Notes: generated by a model not told the origin, from the letters alone. Positions 43,581 through 55,463 are shown, counted from the stretch's first letter. The stretch is DNA of 64,000 bases from Heteronotia binoei (GCF_032191835.1 NC_083237.1:24180001-24244000); one strand, 5' to 3'. Program-made: numbers and translations.

Positions 43581-46279
43581 AAAATTACACATGGACCAGG
43601 AAAAGAGTATAAAGGGGGTATTTTCTCCCTCCTCCTTATTACTTCAATTTGGGGCCACCCAATGAAGGTGACCAGCAATATGTACAGGTTGGAGCAAAGG
43701 GAATACTTATTTACGCAATTACATTCACTGCCGGTACCTCCTCTGGAGTAAACAGACAAGGACATTCTCCTCTTGTGTCTTAGCTACTGGGTAGAGCGGT
43801 TTGTCTTCCTAAGGAGTACCTTTTGCTTCTGAAAAGTGCCAGACTCCTGTCACCAAAGAAACAGAGGCATCAGCAACCAAATGTGGTGGGTCTGTAACTA
43901 CCAAATTTAATGTGTTTCAAGGCAAGCTGAGATTGGGCAGAGCAGGCGTGTGTGATTCCAAGAGAAGGAACAGAAGCCCTCCCCCCCCGCCCCCGCCACC
44001 CCTCCAATGGAGGTTAGACCAAGGGGCTGGCTCTGTGCCCCAGTGAATCGGCATTTGCCAAAGCATTTTCTCTGATCAAAAAACAGGTTTTCGAAATCAA
44101 CCATGGTAGTTTGAACCTGAAAGTCTGCAGATTATGCTCACCCCTATTTTTTGGTCTTTATAACCCAAAATCTTTAACCCCCACCCCACCCCAATGTGTG
44201 CTATTTTACCATCCCGCGTTATTGCAGAACTTTTTTGTTTGCAGGACTGAATCGTATACCTACAATGGTTTTGCAAGGGAGGTTTTTTAATAGGTCCTAC
44301 ATGGATAGAATCTACCCTTGTAGCCTTTAACAGCATTGATACATCTAGAATGCAGATTTTTTCAGATTATGAGGGATTACTATATTAATCCTTTGTTCAA
44401 CCAGTCGTCCCCTGGAAACCCTGGCTCTTTTGCTCAGTGATAACGATCGTAAAATTCCTCTAGCAATCGTGAAATTTGTCTCAGTCCTTTTAGCCCTTGC
44501 ATTAAAACAAAATAAGAAATAAATGTCTTCTGCTGCTGAGATTCTTGAATCAATGAGCATCTAAGGGTACAAAAGGGAAAAGGAAGGAGAGTGGGTATTT
44601 GAGACTAATTGCTTTACAGCCCAATCCAGACATATGTGGCGGGTGGCCACTCGGGTGTGGGTGGATCTATGGCGCCGCTCGTTGGCTTCCAAAGGGAAGA
44701 CGGTACGCCATGCTGGGAGAGGGAAGAGGGGCCTGACGAGCAAGAGAGAACCCGTCGCCATGGTGATTCCACCTAGGCGCACACTATTGGACCGCTGCTG
44801 AGGCGGGGGTGGGGGAGGCACAGGTTCAGGCGGGACCATGGGATTGGCCAGCCCATTGCACATGACCGGGCGAAGGGGCGGAAAGCCCGCATCTGAGAGG
44901 CAGTCAATCCCCCCACTCTCTCCTGTTGTCAGAGACTCTGCCAATGGCAGGCTGGCGACCAGGGGTATGTGCGGACAAGCAGGAAGTGCCAAGTGCAGGA
45001 GTTCCCTGTCCTAGACAGCGGCTGGAATGTGTGTCTGGGAGCGGCCAGACCAAGTCCAGAAGACACCACCACCACCACCCGGAGCCCCCCCTCCTGATGT
45101 TGCCCTGCTGCCGCCCCCTGCTATGTGCAAGGAACACCTCCCTTGGGGGCCGTAGAACTCAAAGTGCGAGCCGCTGGGCATGCATCCATTTCAGCAACCC
45201 CCCCGCAAGTGCCCAGCGCACAGCAGTCCTGTGCGGTCGAGTAGGCCGTCAGCCCGATCAGGCTGAGGGGCGGGCACTCCCCCTCCCCTGTCCAGCCATG
45301 CAGGGGGCAGCGTGGCAGCTCATAGCCCATTCCCCGCCCCCAAGAACCAAGTCTGCCCACCCTCCCAAGCACTCCCTTGGAGAGGCCACAGACAGAGGGG
45401 GGGTTGCCCTGGGAATGTGCAGCATATGCCAAGCAGGAGAGACAACAGAGGGCACAACTCAGACTTTATTTTTCTGGAACAGAGTGCAGCAATTTCCCTG
45501 GTGTGTGCTGGGCAGTCTCGCTGTGGGCAGGGCTCCGCTCTGAGCAGCAGGCAGAAGCAGCTGAGGGAGTTGTGGGGTGGTGGAGCGGCACATGAAGAAG
45601 CCTCTGTGTTGGAGTCCCACCTGCAAAATGGAGACAGATCAAGAGCACCTGCAGGCGCGGCGGCTGGAAGCGCAGGCTGCGTTTCAGTTGGGCACTCTCT
45701 TAAAGCGACAGTCTCTGACCCACCTTCCTGCAATGGGGCAGCTGCCACACACACATGCCCCATGCCCCGCCAGGGGTTGGGAACGCGGCAGAGGACAGAC
45801 CAGGGGAAGGGAGCAGGTGGCAGCACAGGGGAGCGAGGTCAGCAGATGCCCCCTGCCGGAGCCCACTGCCTAGTTCAAATGCCAGAGACGCTCGCACACT
45901 GAGCAGTCGAACTTATCCAGTTCCAGACAGTGGAACTTATCCAGCCATGGGTGACAGTTCTCGCATGTAGAGCCTCCGGGAGCCCGGAACCTGTGGAGAC
46001 CTGGAAACAAGAGCAGTTAGCCCCAGGGGAGAGACCTCTCTGCTGGGGAGGGGGCTCATCAGCCCGAGTTGCAAGGGGATTTGCGAGGCAATCACGCCAC
46101 TCCCTAACAGGTTTCCAAGCTTTCGCAGTGGCGGAGCCGACCTTTGTTTTTGGTGCCCTATGGGGCACACCGCCGTTTTTGCGGAGGTAAAGTTGCACCT
46201 CTCGGGGGGGGGGGGCATGTCATGGGCCAAACTGCTCAGGAATCTGCCTAAGCCTGGCCACGCCCCCAACTCCACCCCC

Positions 46280-46418
46280 TCCTCTGCCTGAACGCCGCGC
46301 TCCGCCTCACTTCCGCCCACGCTCGGGCGCAGCCCTCAGGTGCCGCTGCCCTTGGGCAGAGTGGTTTTCGGGCAGCTCCCTGCCCACAGAACTCCCCTCC
46401 GCTGTGGCAGCGCCAGTC
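46280..46418 (+). promoter_or_regulatory. ISOC2: Probable ISOC2 promoter and non-coding exon 1
   Basis: CpG-rich, CACTTCCG (ETS) at 46308 with GC boxes, GTAAGT donor at 46419, 361 nt before the exon 2 acceptor. Confidence 0.65.
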
Positions 46419-46806
46419 GTAAGTCGGCGCAAACCTTTCCTGCGCCCAAGTAGCGGCTCGTCTGCTCCCAAAAGACTCCCCCCCCCCTCTGGATTGCACT
46501 ATTAACTGCCTTGGATCTCCTCTCGTGCTTGCCCTGTTTAGATATAAACAAATGCATTTTAGTTGCTGACTTTGCCAGTTCACAAGCTTCCTTGTTAAAA
46601 AAAATATGCAATGTATTATTAGGAAACTTGGATCTGATCAATTGGTTCTTCTCCTCCTGGGAAATCAGAATCATTTTTTAGATTGCTATGGCACAAACTG
46701 GTTTCCATCTGCCCTCCAGGTAGAGCTGTTTCAGAGGGAATCAGCCCTGAATGAGGACTTTTTTTTTCTTCCTTTTCAGAGTTTATTGTGTCGTCTCCTC
46801 ACAAAA

Positions 46807-46938
46807 ATGTCTGCCTGCCGGCTTGGAAAAGTGATCCCCAAGACAAGCATCCTGTTCTTGTGTGACATGCAGGAGAAATTCCGACCAAACATCAGCTACT
46901 TCCCTCAGATTGTATCTGTCGCGGCTCGAATGTTGAAG
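46807..46938 (+). CDS. ISOC2: Isochorismatase domain-containing 2, first coding exon (exon begins 46780)
   Basis: [44 protein letters not shown]; aag|gtataa donor, phase 0. Confidence 0.95.
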
Positions 46939-47279
46939 GTATAAGACACGCAGGGGGGCTGTGCTTTTGGGAATAGGGCGGAGGGCAGATCCAGAATACT
47001 GGAGGGAAGAGAGTCTGTTACGACATTCACAGGAATTATTAGTTAATTAAAATTGAATCAGGGGTATTTTGTGTCTCAGTGTTCCCTCTAAACTGAGTTA
47101 GTGTGAGGTAGTTCACAGTTTTTTAGCCTCCAGCTCTTATAGCTCAGGAAAAATGGCCCCAGAGCAAACTAATTTATGCAGTAGCTCACAACTTTAATGC
47201 CAGTAGCTCATGAAGTAGAATTTTTGCACACAAGACTCCACAGCTTAGAGGGAACATCCTGGCAATTGTGTAGAGGTGC

Positions 47280-48870
47280 AGAGCCAATTGCCTGACTACT
47301 CTGGTTAAGTAGAACAAACTGAAACTGAACCCTGACAAAGCAGAGGTAATTCTGGTTTGGAAAATGGAAGTCTTGAAGGATATTGTGCTTCCCACTTTCA
47401 GTGGGATTCAGTGACGGTTGAAAGCCATGAGCTTATACTGGACCCAGGGTTACTGCTGGAGAACCACTGCAAAAAAAAAAAAAGCTTTCTTCAAACTTAG
47501 TTAAGCCACCTAGATCCATGCCACAGTAATACCAAGACTAGACTACTGTAATGCATGCCACATAGGTCTCCCCTTGAAGTCAACTCAGAGGTTGGTGCAG
47601 AATGTTACAGCTTGGTTATTATCAGAAGCTAAAGCATGCAAGTTACACCTGTTCTGGAGTCACTCCATTGGCTGCCCATCAGTTCACTTCAAGGTTTTAG
47701 CCATCATCTATGAAGTCCTTTGTGGTCTTGGACTGTCGTATCTGCAGGACCACCTCTCTTCCTATGCTTTGCCGTGACAACTTTGCTCATCTGAGCTGGA
47801 CCTTCTGCAGGTACCACCCTGTAAATTGTCAGAATCAGGGCTTTTTTTTGTAGCAGGAACTCTTTTGCATATTAGGCCACACCCCTCTTATGTAGCCAAT
47901 CCTACCAAGAGTTTACAGGGCTCTTCTTACAGGGCCTACTGTAAGCTCTTGGAGGATTAGCTACATCAGGGGTATGTGGCCTAATATGCAAAGGAGTTCC
48001 TGCTACAAAAAAAGCCCTGGGCAAGATCAGCCATCAACTGAACATGTGGATTATCTGTTGGGGCCCCCACCCTGTGGAATGACCTGCCTAAGGAGGTCAG
48101 GATGGCTTCCACACTTTAGGCATTCTGTAAACAACATAAAACAGAAATGTTCAGGAGAACATGTTTGTAAATGTGGTCGGGCTATGTTAGAATGGTTCAG
48201 GAGATGTTTCAAAGAAGGCAACAGGTCTATGGACTTTACCTCTGTGTATGATATGTGTTATCTGTTGCTGCATACATTATCTTGTTCTTAGGGCACTGTA
48301 TTTCTGTTTACGTAATGCCATTTACTGCTTCATTACCTGTCATGTCATATAGTTATTTATATATTACCCTGTTTTTGTCCCCAGGGGGACCCACAATCTC
48401 TTATAACATTCTTCCCTCCTTCCCGTCTCACCCAGACCTGGCCATAGTAATCCATGCAACTGTCACCTCCAGATTAGACTGCTGTAACTCACTCTACGAA
48501 GGGCTACTCTTGAGACTGACCCATAAACTCCAACTGGTCCACAATGCGGCAGTGCCAGGTCCTTACCAGGACCCTACAAATGGCATGCATTCGACAAGTG
48601 CTGGACAAGCTGCACTGGCTTTCAACCGAGTACTGGATCTGGTTCAAAGTGGTGATAACCTTTAAGGCCTTAAATGGTCTAGGACCAACATACATTTGGG
48701 ACTGCCTCTCCTGGTGTAAAGAAGAACTTGCTGGTGGTCCCTGGCCCAAGAGACAGGGCTTTAGTTGCCCTGGTGGAACTCTCTGCCGAGTTAACACCTG
48801 TGCCCTGTGGGAGCTAGTGCAATTCTACAGAACCTGCAAGGCAGAGATGTTCTACCAGGCATTTGGTTGA
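47280..48870 (+). mobile_element. Two decayed L2 LINE 3' fragments
   Basis: KLNPDK..., (S/P)RLD(Y/C)CN..., HKLQLVHNAA, LHWL..RI.FK remnants. Boundaries approximate. Confidence 0.7.
47836..48020. mobile_element. Palindromic hAT MITE-A, second intact copy, inserted in L2
   Basis: Same palindrome as 43399-43580; decayed TSD (5/8 match). Confidence 0.85.
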
Positions 48871-50299
48871 GGACAGCGATGGTTTCCATCAGTCTGGTGC
48901 TCCTATCTTTCTGCCTCCCACCCACAGGGCAGTGGCTCCATCAGTGACCTTAACTTCATCTTGTTAGGTGTTGTGTTTTGTTGGATTTTACTATTTTTAT
49001 TGTTAATTTATGTATGCATATTTGTATTACTGTGTGCCGCCTTGAGCCTTGTTTCCCAGGGAAGGGTGGTCTAAAAATTGAACCTAATAAATAAAGTAAA
49101 CAATAACCCTGTGAAGTAGGTCAGGCTGAGAGCATGTGACTGGCCCAAAGTTGCCCAGCAAGCATCCAGGTTAGAGTGTGGATTCAAACCTGGGTCTTCC
49201 AAATCGTAGTCTGACAGCAGGCTGGGTCTCAGTCAGAACACTTTGTTCTGATTTCTGCCATCCCATCCTGATTACATCTCTTATTCGATGTCTCATCCTT
49301 TATATTGCATTGACCTCTGTGTAATTCACCTCAGTTCTCAGGGAGAAAAGTGGGCTATAAATAAAGTTGATTACTATAATATTAAAATCATCTTCCAATG
49401 TATTGGGGGGTTTATTTGGCATGGATGCTGTCCAACAGGTGCCTATAGTAAGTGGAGTCTTGTGAGCAAAAATTCTACTTTGTGAGCTACTGGCATTAAA
49501 GTTGTGAGCTACTGCATAAACTAGTTTGCTCCGGGGCTATCCCTCCTGTGCTAAGAAAAATGTGTGAACTGGAGGCTAAAAAACTGTAAGCTAGCTCATG
49601 CTAACTCAGAGGGAACATTGCTTACAATTGTTGCATCAGAATCTATACACATCTGTAAGAATCATATTATTTTCCGTGCTGGAAGGCAGTCTGGGTGCCT
49701 AGCAGATGCTTTTACCATTTGCTACAAAAACTGGCAAAATGATTTGACAAGAGAAGGGTTAGAACTGAAGAAAAATGACATTGGTACTGGAGAAAGTTGA
49801 AAGCTATCGATAGCCCTGACCTCTGTGAATTTGTCTACTCCCCTTTTAAAGCCTTATACGTTGGCAGCTGTGACCATACCCTGTGGCGGTGAGTTCCACA
49901 GTTTAACTGTGCACTCTGTGAAGAAACACTTCCTTTTTTCTGTCCTGAATCTCCCACCTGTCAGCTCTCCCCACACCAGGCATAACTTTATGGACTTCTA
50001 TCATGTCTCCCTTTCTCGTCTTTTTTCTAAGCTTAATTGCCCAAAGCATTTTAGTAGGCCTCTTAGGGCAGCCACTCTAGCCCTCTGATCATTTTGGAGT
50101 ACCTTGTGGGCCGGCCTCAACTGCTGTAGCAGGACTCCTTTGCATATTAGGCCACACACCCCTGATGTAACCAATCCTCCAAGAGCCTACTGTAAGCTCA
50201 GGGGGTAGGCTTTCCAACCCCCCCGCCCTGGTGGGGGACCCCTGAATTTGCAGCCTTCTCCCCTGCTCTCCAAAAATCTGGAAGCGGGGGGGGACGGTG

Positions 50300-50907
50300 C
50301 TTCCCCCTCACAGCGCCCTGCTGCCACAGCAACACCAGCACCGCCACCACCAGCGCCGCCGGCCCAGGCACAGGCACAGGCAGCAGCCGCCATTTCTACA
50401 GGCTGCCTGAGAAGAGCAGCAGAGGGTCTCCTCTCCCTCCGTCCCACCAGGCCCCAGTCACTCTGCAATTCATCCTCCAGTATGAACTACAGACTCCAGC
50501 ATTCTGCGTGACTTTAAGGCACGCCGGTCTATCTTGCGCTGTCGTAATCCACTTCGGACCACACACCCCAGCCTTCCTTGTGCCAACCCACCCTTATCCC
50601 CTGCCTAGATGCATTCTGGGACTCGTAGTTCTGCGCTTCCCGACGAAGTTTCTCTCTTCTGTCGCCCATGAGGGAGGAAAAGTTTCCACACTCCTGTCAC
50701 TTGCCGGGCCAGGCAGTTGCTAAGGGCAACCACGCGCCGACCAATAGCAAAGGCGCTCTCCAGAGCGGAAGGCGCGAAGAGCAGCGCGACGGGCCAATGG
50801 CACGCTTGGCAGGGGCCTTAAGGGCGGAGCGCGAGTCTCCTTGAGCCTCGTGCTGCTTTGCAGCGTAGTCGGGTGCTGCAGGTGACCGACCGACTGACCT
50901 CGGGGCG
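50300..50907. promoter_or_regulatory. CpG-island bidirectional-type promoter inside ISOC2 intron 2
   Basis: ZNF143-type motifs 50484-50504 and 50611-50631 (GAACTACGAGTCCCAGAATGC on -), RFX X-box GTTGCTAAGGGCAAC 50716-50730, CCAAT at 50741 and 50794, YY1-like GCCGCCATTT at about 50386. Confidence 0.8.
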
Positions 50908-50991
50908 ATGGGAGGCGGCAGTAGCGCTTCGCGGAGAGTCACCTTTGAGGCGGACGAGAACGACAACGTGACGGTGGTGAAGGGTGTGCGG
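50908..50991 (+). CDS. CHCHD3: CHCHD3/MIC19-like first coding exon; downstream exons not found in the window
   Basis: MGGGSSASRRVTFEADENDNVTVVKGVR against recalled human MGGTTSTRRVTFEADENENITVVKGIR; cgg|gtgagc donor at the matching phase-0 position. Whether it is the orthologue, a paralogue or a copy is unresolved. Confidence 0.8.
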
Positions 50992-51033
50992 GTGAGCAGT
51001 GGGGAGGCTCCCCTTCAGCACCTCCTGTCCCCT

Positions 51034-51515
51034 TTGGGTTGCCAGTCCCCAGGTGGGGGCAGGGGATCCCCCGGTTTGGACCCCCCCCCCCGCTTCAGGG
51101 TCATCAGAAAGTGGGGGGGGGGAGGGAAAGGTCTGCTGGCCACTCATTATTCCCTATGGAGACTGATTCCCATAGGGTATAATGGAGAAGGATCTGTGGG
51201 TGTCTGGGGCTCTGGAGGGCTGTTTTTTGAGGTAGAGGCACCACATTTGCAGCATAGCATCCGATGGCTCTCCCCAAAATACCCTCCAGGTTTCAAAAGG
51301 ATTGGACCGGTGGGTCTAATTCTAGGAGCCCCCAAAGAAGGTGTCCCTATCCTTCATTATTTCCAATGGAAGGAAGGCACTTAAAATGATGTACGGTCCC
51401 TTTAAATGTGATGGCTAGAACTCCCTTTGTAGTTCAATCATGTTTGTCACACCCTTGCTTCTGACTCCACCCCCAAAGTCCCCAGATATTTCTTGAATTG
51501 GACTTGGCAACCCTA
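51034..51515. mobile_element. hAT MITE, TAGGGTTGCCA family (called MITE-B here)
   Basis: TIRs TTGGGTTGCCA / TGGCAACCCTA; homologous in reverse to 60110-60525; no TSD of its own (TGTCCCCT vs TCCAGGAG). Confidence 0.8.
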
Positions 51516-51872
51516 TCCAGGAGGATTGGCTACATCAGGGGTGTGTGGCCATTGTGTCTCTGACTGTGGATATGGGTAAGGGAAGGAATCCTGTGCTACC
51601 ATCAGCTCTTTGGAGATGGGATCAGAATGGAAGATAGACAGGTATATCGCTTGCTAGTTCTAGAAAGCTGCTTGTCTCTAACTGTGTCCCCAAGACCTAC
51701 AAGTCTTAGCCGTCCCATAGCAGCACCACAGCTGGGCACAGGGGGGCAGTATAATATCGATTTCTGAAAATAACACATGCTTCCTGCTATCTATGAAGCC
51801 TGCTTCCCACTCTCCGAAAGTCAAGAATCCTGCTTCCTCTCAGACAAGTCTCGCTCTCTCCTCCTCTTGCAG

Positions 51873-52085
51873 GTCGCCAAAGCTCTTGAAATCCCAACGG
51901 TGGTGACTGAACAATACCCCAAAGGTCTAGGCCCAACAGTGCCGGAGCTGGGTGCAGAAGGACTTCGGAAATACTCCAAGACGTGTTTCAGCATGCTCAT
52001 CCCTGAGGTGGAGAAAGAGATGGCGGCTGTCCCCAGCCTGAAGTCTGTGCTGCTGTGTGGCATTGAGACACAGGCCTGCATCATG
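51873..52085 (+). CDS. ISOC2: ISOC2 second coding exon
   Basis: [26 protein letters not shown]...KTCFSM...[13 protein letters not shown]; canonical AG/GT, phase 0/0. Confidence 0.96.
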
Positions 52086-52307
52086 GTAGGGGCCGAGAGG
52101 CCTGCCACTGGGACTGGGGGGGTGGGGTACAAGGCCTGAGGCCAGGGAAGATGGGCCCATGGCTTTGCCTGGTGAGTCAGCTGCAGAGAAGCCCCACAGC
52201 TCTGGCCCTTTATTGAGTGTCCCCATTCCCCACCCCCCAAGCCAGTAGGAGGCCTTAATGGGCACCCTGGGCTTGATCAATATTTCCACATTCTTGAAAA
52301 CCTAGAA

Positions 52308-52589
52308 CAAGGGTGGCTAAGCTTGTTTAACGTAAGAGCCACATAGAATGATTGTCAGATGTCTGGGAGCCACAAGGAAGGCAGTCAGGCAAATAGATGG
52401 GGAGAGAGGTGGAAAGAAAGCAACTTTAACTTTAAAAGCATTTTCCAAACCGCCAGCTGGCTTGGCTTGGAGAACTGGTTTAAAGAGAGAAATGCCTTCT
52501 CCAAGACAGGGCAGTGGGGGCTTTGAGAGCCACACAATATGTGTAAAAGAGCCACCTGTGGCTCCCAAACTGCAGTTTGGCCACCCCTG
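52308..52589. mobile_element. hAT MITE
   Basis: TIR CAAGGGTGGCTAA / TTGGCCACCCCTG; perfect 8-bp TSD ACCTAGAA. Confidence 0.9.
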
Positions 52590-52912
52590 ACCTAGAAAAT
52601 AAGGCACTTTCAATTTTACTTCTTCTTGTTGTCCCCTCAGACTGGAAAGGAGGAAGGAAGCCACAGTAATTGCATTCACCCCTGGGCCTTAAGATGTGGG
52701 AAATGTCTCGCTCTGGGCGCCACCAAATGCACAGAAGTCAGGAGGGGGTGAGTGGCCATAAAGGCCCCTTGTGAGTGGAAAGAGAGAGAGAGACCTGGCT
52801 TGTCTGGGCAGCCGCTACTCCTGCCAGAGGGTGGATCACAGCAGGAGCAAAGTCAGGGTCCCGCTCCTTTCTTCTTTGGGCACAACACAACCCTTCCTTT
52901 CTCTGCACACAG

Positions 52913-52983
52913 AGCACAGCGCTGGATGTGATGGAACGAGGACTGGATGTTCATGTTGTGGTGGACGCCTGCTCCTCTCGCAG
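52913..52983 (+). CDS. ISOC2: ISOC2 third coding exon
   Basis: STALDVMERGLDVHVVVDACSSR(S); 71 nt, phase 0/2. Confidence 0.95.
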
Positions 52984-53098
52984 GTAACTAGTGGGGCAGA
53001 AAGGGTTCAGTGTCTGGGGCTGCAGGAGTGCTGCCTTTCTTCCTTCTTTCTGTCCATCAATGTTGTCTTTCATTTCCCTCTCTGCCTCCTTATTGCAG

Positions 53099-53216
53099 CC
53101 AGGTGGACAGGCTTGTGGCCTTGTCTCGGTTACGTCAGAGCGGGGCTTTCCTTACGACCAGCGAAGGCCTTATCCTGCAGCTTGTCAGAGATTCGGCACA
53201 CCCCTGTTTCCGAGAG
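53099..53216 (+). CDS. ISOC2: ISOC2 fourth coding exon
   Basis: [39 protein letters not shown]; 118 nt, phase 2/0. Confidence 0.95.
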
Positions 53217-53653
53217 GTAATTCTCTGGTCTGCCTTGGAGACCTGGGTCTGCCCCCCAAACCCTCCGAATTTTCTATAACATGTAGCAAAGTCTGGCAGC
53301 CTCATACATACAGACTTCTGCAAGCATTTTTCCCAAGATAACCGGGGGGGGGGGGGGGGGTTGAGCAGGGATGCAGTTCTGGCTGGCTTTGCATCAGGGG
53401 TGTGGCCTAATAGTCAAATTAGTTCCTGCCAGGCTTTTTTTACAAAAAAAGCCCTGAGGATAACATTCCTTTGTGTCATGGGAGCATCTGGGTTGCTTTT
53501 CATTGCTGTGGGTTGAGGACAAGGGAAAGAGCCCACAGTGTAAAATCGGAGTATTTTTACTTTCTTTTTACTTTAATCCTAGCAAGCTTACAAATTGGGG
53601 GCCTGTTAACACACTGGAACTTCTCACTTCTCAGGTGAGATTTCCTCAATGAT

Positions 53654-55463
53654 TTTGAGTTCCCCGAGTATGAAGAAACACCTGCCTTGTCAGTGGAGGG
53701 CCTGTTTTGGGATTTTATGATTGGCACACTCCACCCACTTATTATTAGATATTGTATTAGATAAAGCGATGTGCTGGGAGGTTGTGAGGAATTACGGGGG
53801 AGAGAGGTCCCCTCCTCTGGGATTCTGTAAGATCTCAGGGCTTGAGCAGGGCAACTTCCCCATCTCCTCCCTCCAATAAATAACAATTTGGACGAGGAGA
53901 ATAAATGATTGAGGAAATCTCACCTGATCCCAAACCTCCAGGACACTATAAAGTTTTTAAAGGCTTGAGCAAACTAATTACCTCATCCCACTCCCCCCCT
54001 TTCGTTTGACTAACCCCTCAATTTGTTATGCCCCCCAGAGGGGGGTGAGCATACTCTCTTCTCATGGTACTGGAAGTTTGGGGGAAGAGGGAGAATTTTT
54101 CTTACTGACAAAGTAACGTTTTTGTGTACAGGTAGGGAGTTCCCTGCCCCATGGGCAGAAACTTCTGTGTTGTCATTACGGGGCTCTGTTTCACCCCACC
54201 AATTGCATTCAACCACCAACTATGAGAGCCAGTTTGGTGTAGTGGTTAAGTGCGTGGATGGACTTTTATCTGGGAGCACCGGGTTTGATTCCCCACTCCT
54301 CCACTTGTACGTGCTGGAATGTCCTTGGGTCAGCCATAGCTCTGGCAGAGGTTGTCCTTGAAAAGGCAGCTTTTGGAAGAGCTCTCTCAGCCCCACCCAC
54401 CTCAACAGGATGTCTGTTGTGGGGGAGGAAGATAAAGGAGATTGTGAGTCACTCTGTGATTCGGAGTGGAGGATGGGATATATATCCAATATCATCATCT
54501 TCTTCTTTGCTACTAGAGAGAACACTTTGGGGTCACTATCTGTGAAGGATCACAGGGAGGAGAAATAACTGGGGAAATTGCTCCCTGCTAGCCTTACGGA
54601 TACTAACGTTTACAGCTTCATCCCCCCTGCTGCCATTCAGGGATGCCAATCTCCAGGTGGGGCCTGACAATCTCACACTAAGTTTGGTGTAGTGGCTAAG
54701 TGTGCGGACTCTTATCTAGGAGAACCGGGTTTGATTCCTCACTCCTCCACTTGCTGCTGCTGGAATGGCCTTGGGTTAGCCATAGTTCTGGTAAAGGTTG
54801 TCCTTGAAAGAGCAGCTGCTGTGAGAGCTCTCTCAGCCCCACCCACTTCACGGGGTGTCTGTTGTGGGGGAAGAAGATAAAGGAGATTGTAAGCCACTTT
54901 GAATCTCTAATTCAGAGAGAAGGGCGGGGTATAAATCTGCAGTCTTCTTCACTATTCCAGCAGACTTCTCAATAACAGATATCAGTTCCTCTGGAGAAAA
55001 GGGCTACTTTGGAGGGTAGGCTCTGTGGCTTTATTCTCCACTGAAGACCCTCCCCAATTCCTGCCGTCCTCAGGCTCCACCCCCAAAATCTCCGGGAATT
55101 CCCCAACTGAAAGCTAGTAGCCCTTCCAAATGTTCAGCCTTCATCCGTGTTCCATGTTGGCTTGTTACCTAGTCCAGGGAGGGGATGGGGGTACAGTCAT
55201 ACTGTTCTGCACATCTTTGAGTTCCCCGAGTATGAAGAAACACCTGCCTTGTCAGTGGAGGGCCTGTTTTGGGATTTTATGATTGGCACACTCCACCCAC
55301 TTATTATTAGATATTGTATTAGATAAAGCGATGTGCTGGGAGGTTGTGAGGAATTACGGGGGAGAGAGACAGGGTTTGGAAACGGGTCCCCTCCTCCGGG
55401 ATTCCGTAAGATCTCAGGGCTTGAGCAGAGCAACTTCCCCATCTCCTCCCTCCAATAAATAAC
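53654..55463 (+). repeat. Near-identical direct repeat pair, 53654-53884 and 55216-55463
   Basis: About 230 bp shared; the second copy has an extra segment of about 16 bp (ACAGGGTTTGGAAACG). Confidence 0.9.
54224..54950 (+). mobile_element. Two tandem tRNA-derived SINEs with L2-like tails (54224-54509 and 54681-54950)
   Basis: TTTGGTGTAGTGG A box, GGGTTTGATTCC B box, CTT-repeat tails; the two copies align along their length. Confidence 0.8.

Noticed and set aside
44560-46330. Dense cluster of overlapping GC-rich ORFs
   Set aside because: They lie in a GC-rich repeat shared with 22985-23990; long ORFs are expected by chance at this GC content.
53343-53362. Long G/C homopolymers as G-quadruplex elements (also near 46200, 51115, 62275, 62580, 63805)
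   Set aside because: Run lengths are unreliable in assemblies and several lie within MITEs; no specific support.
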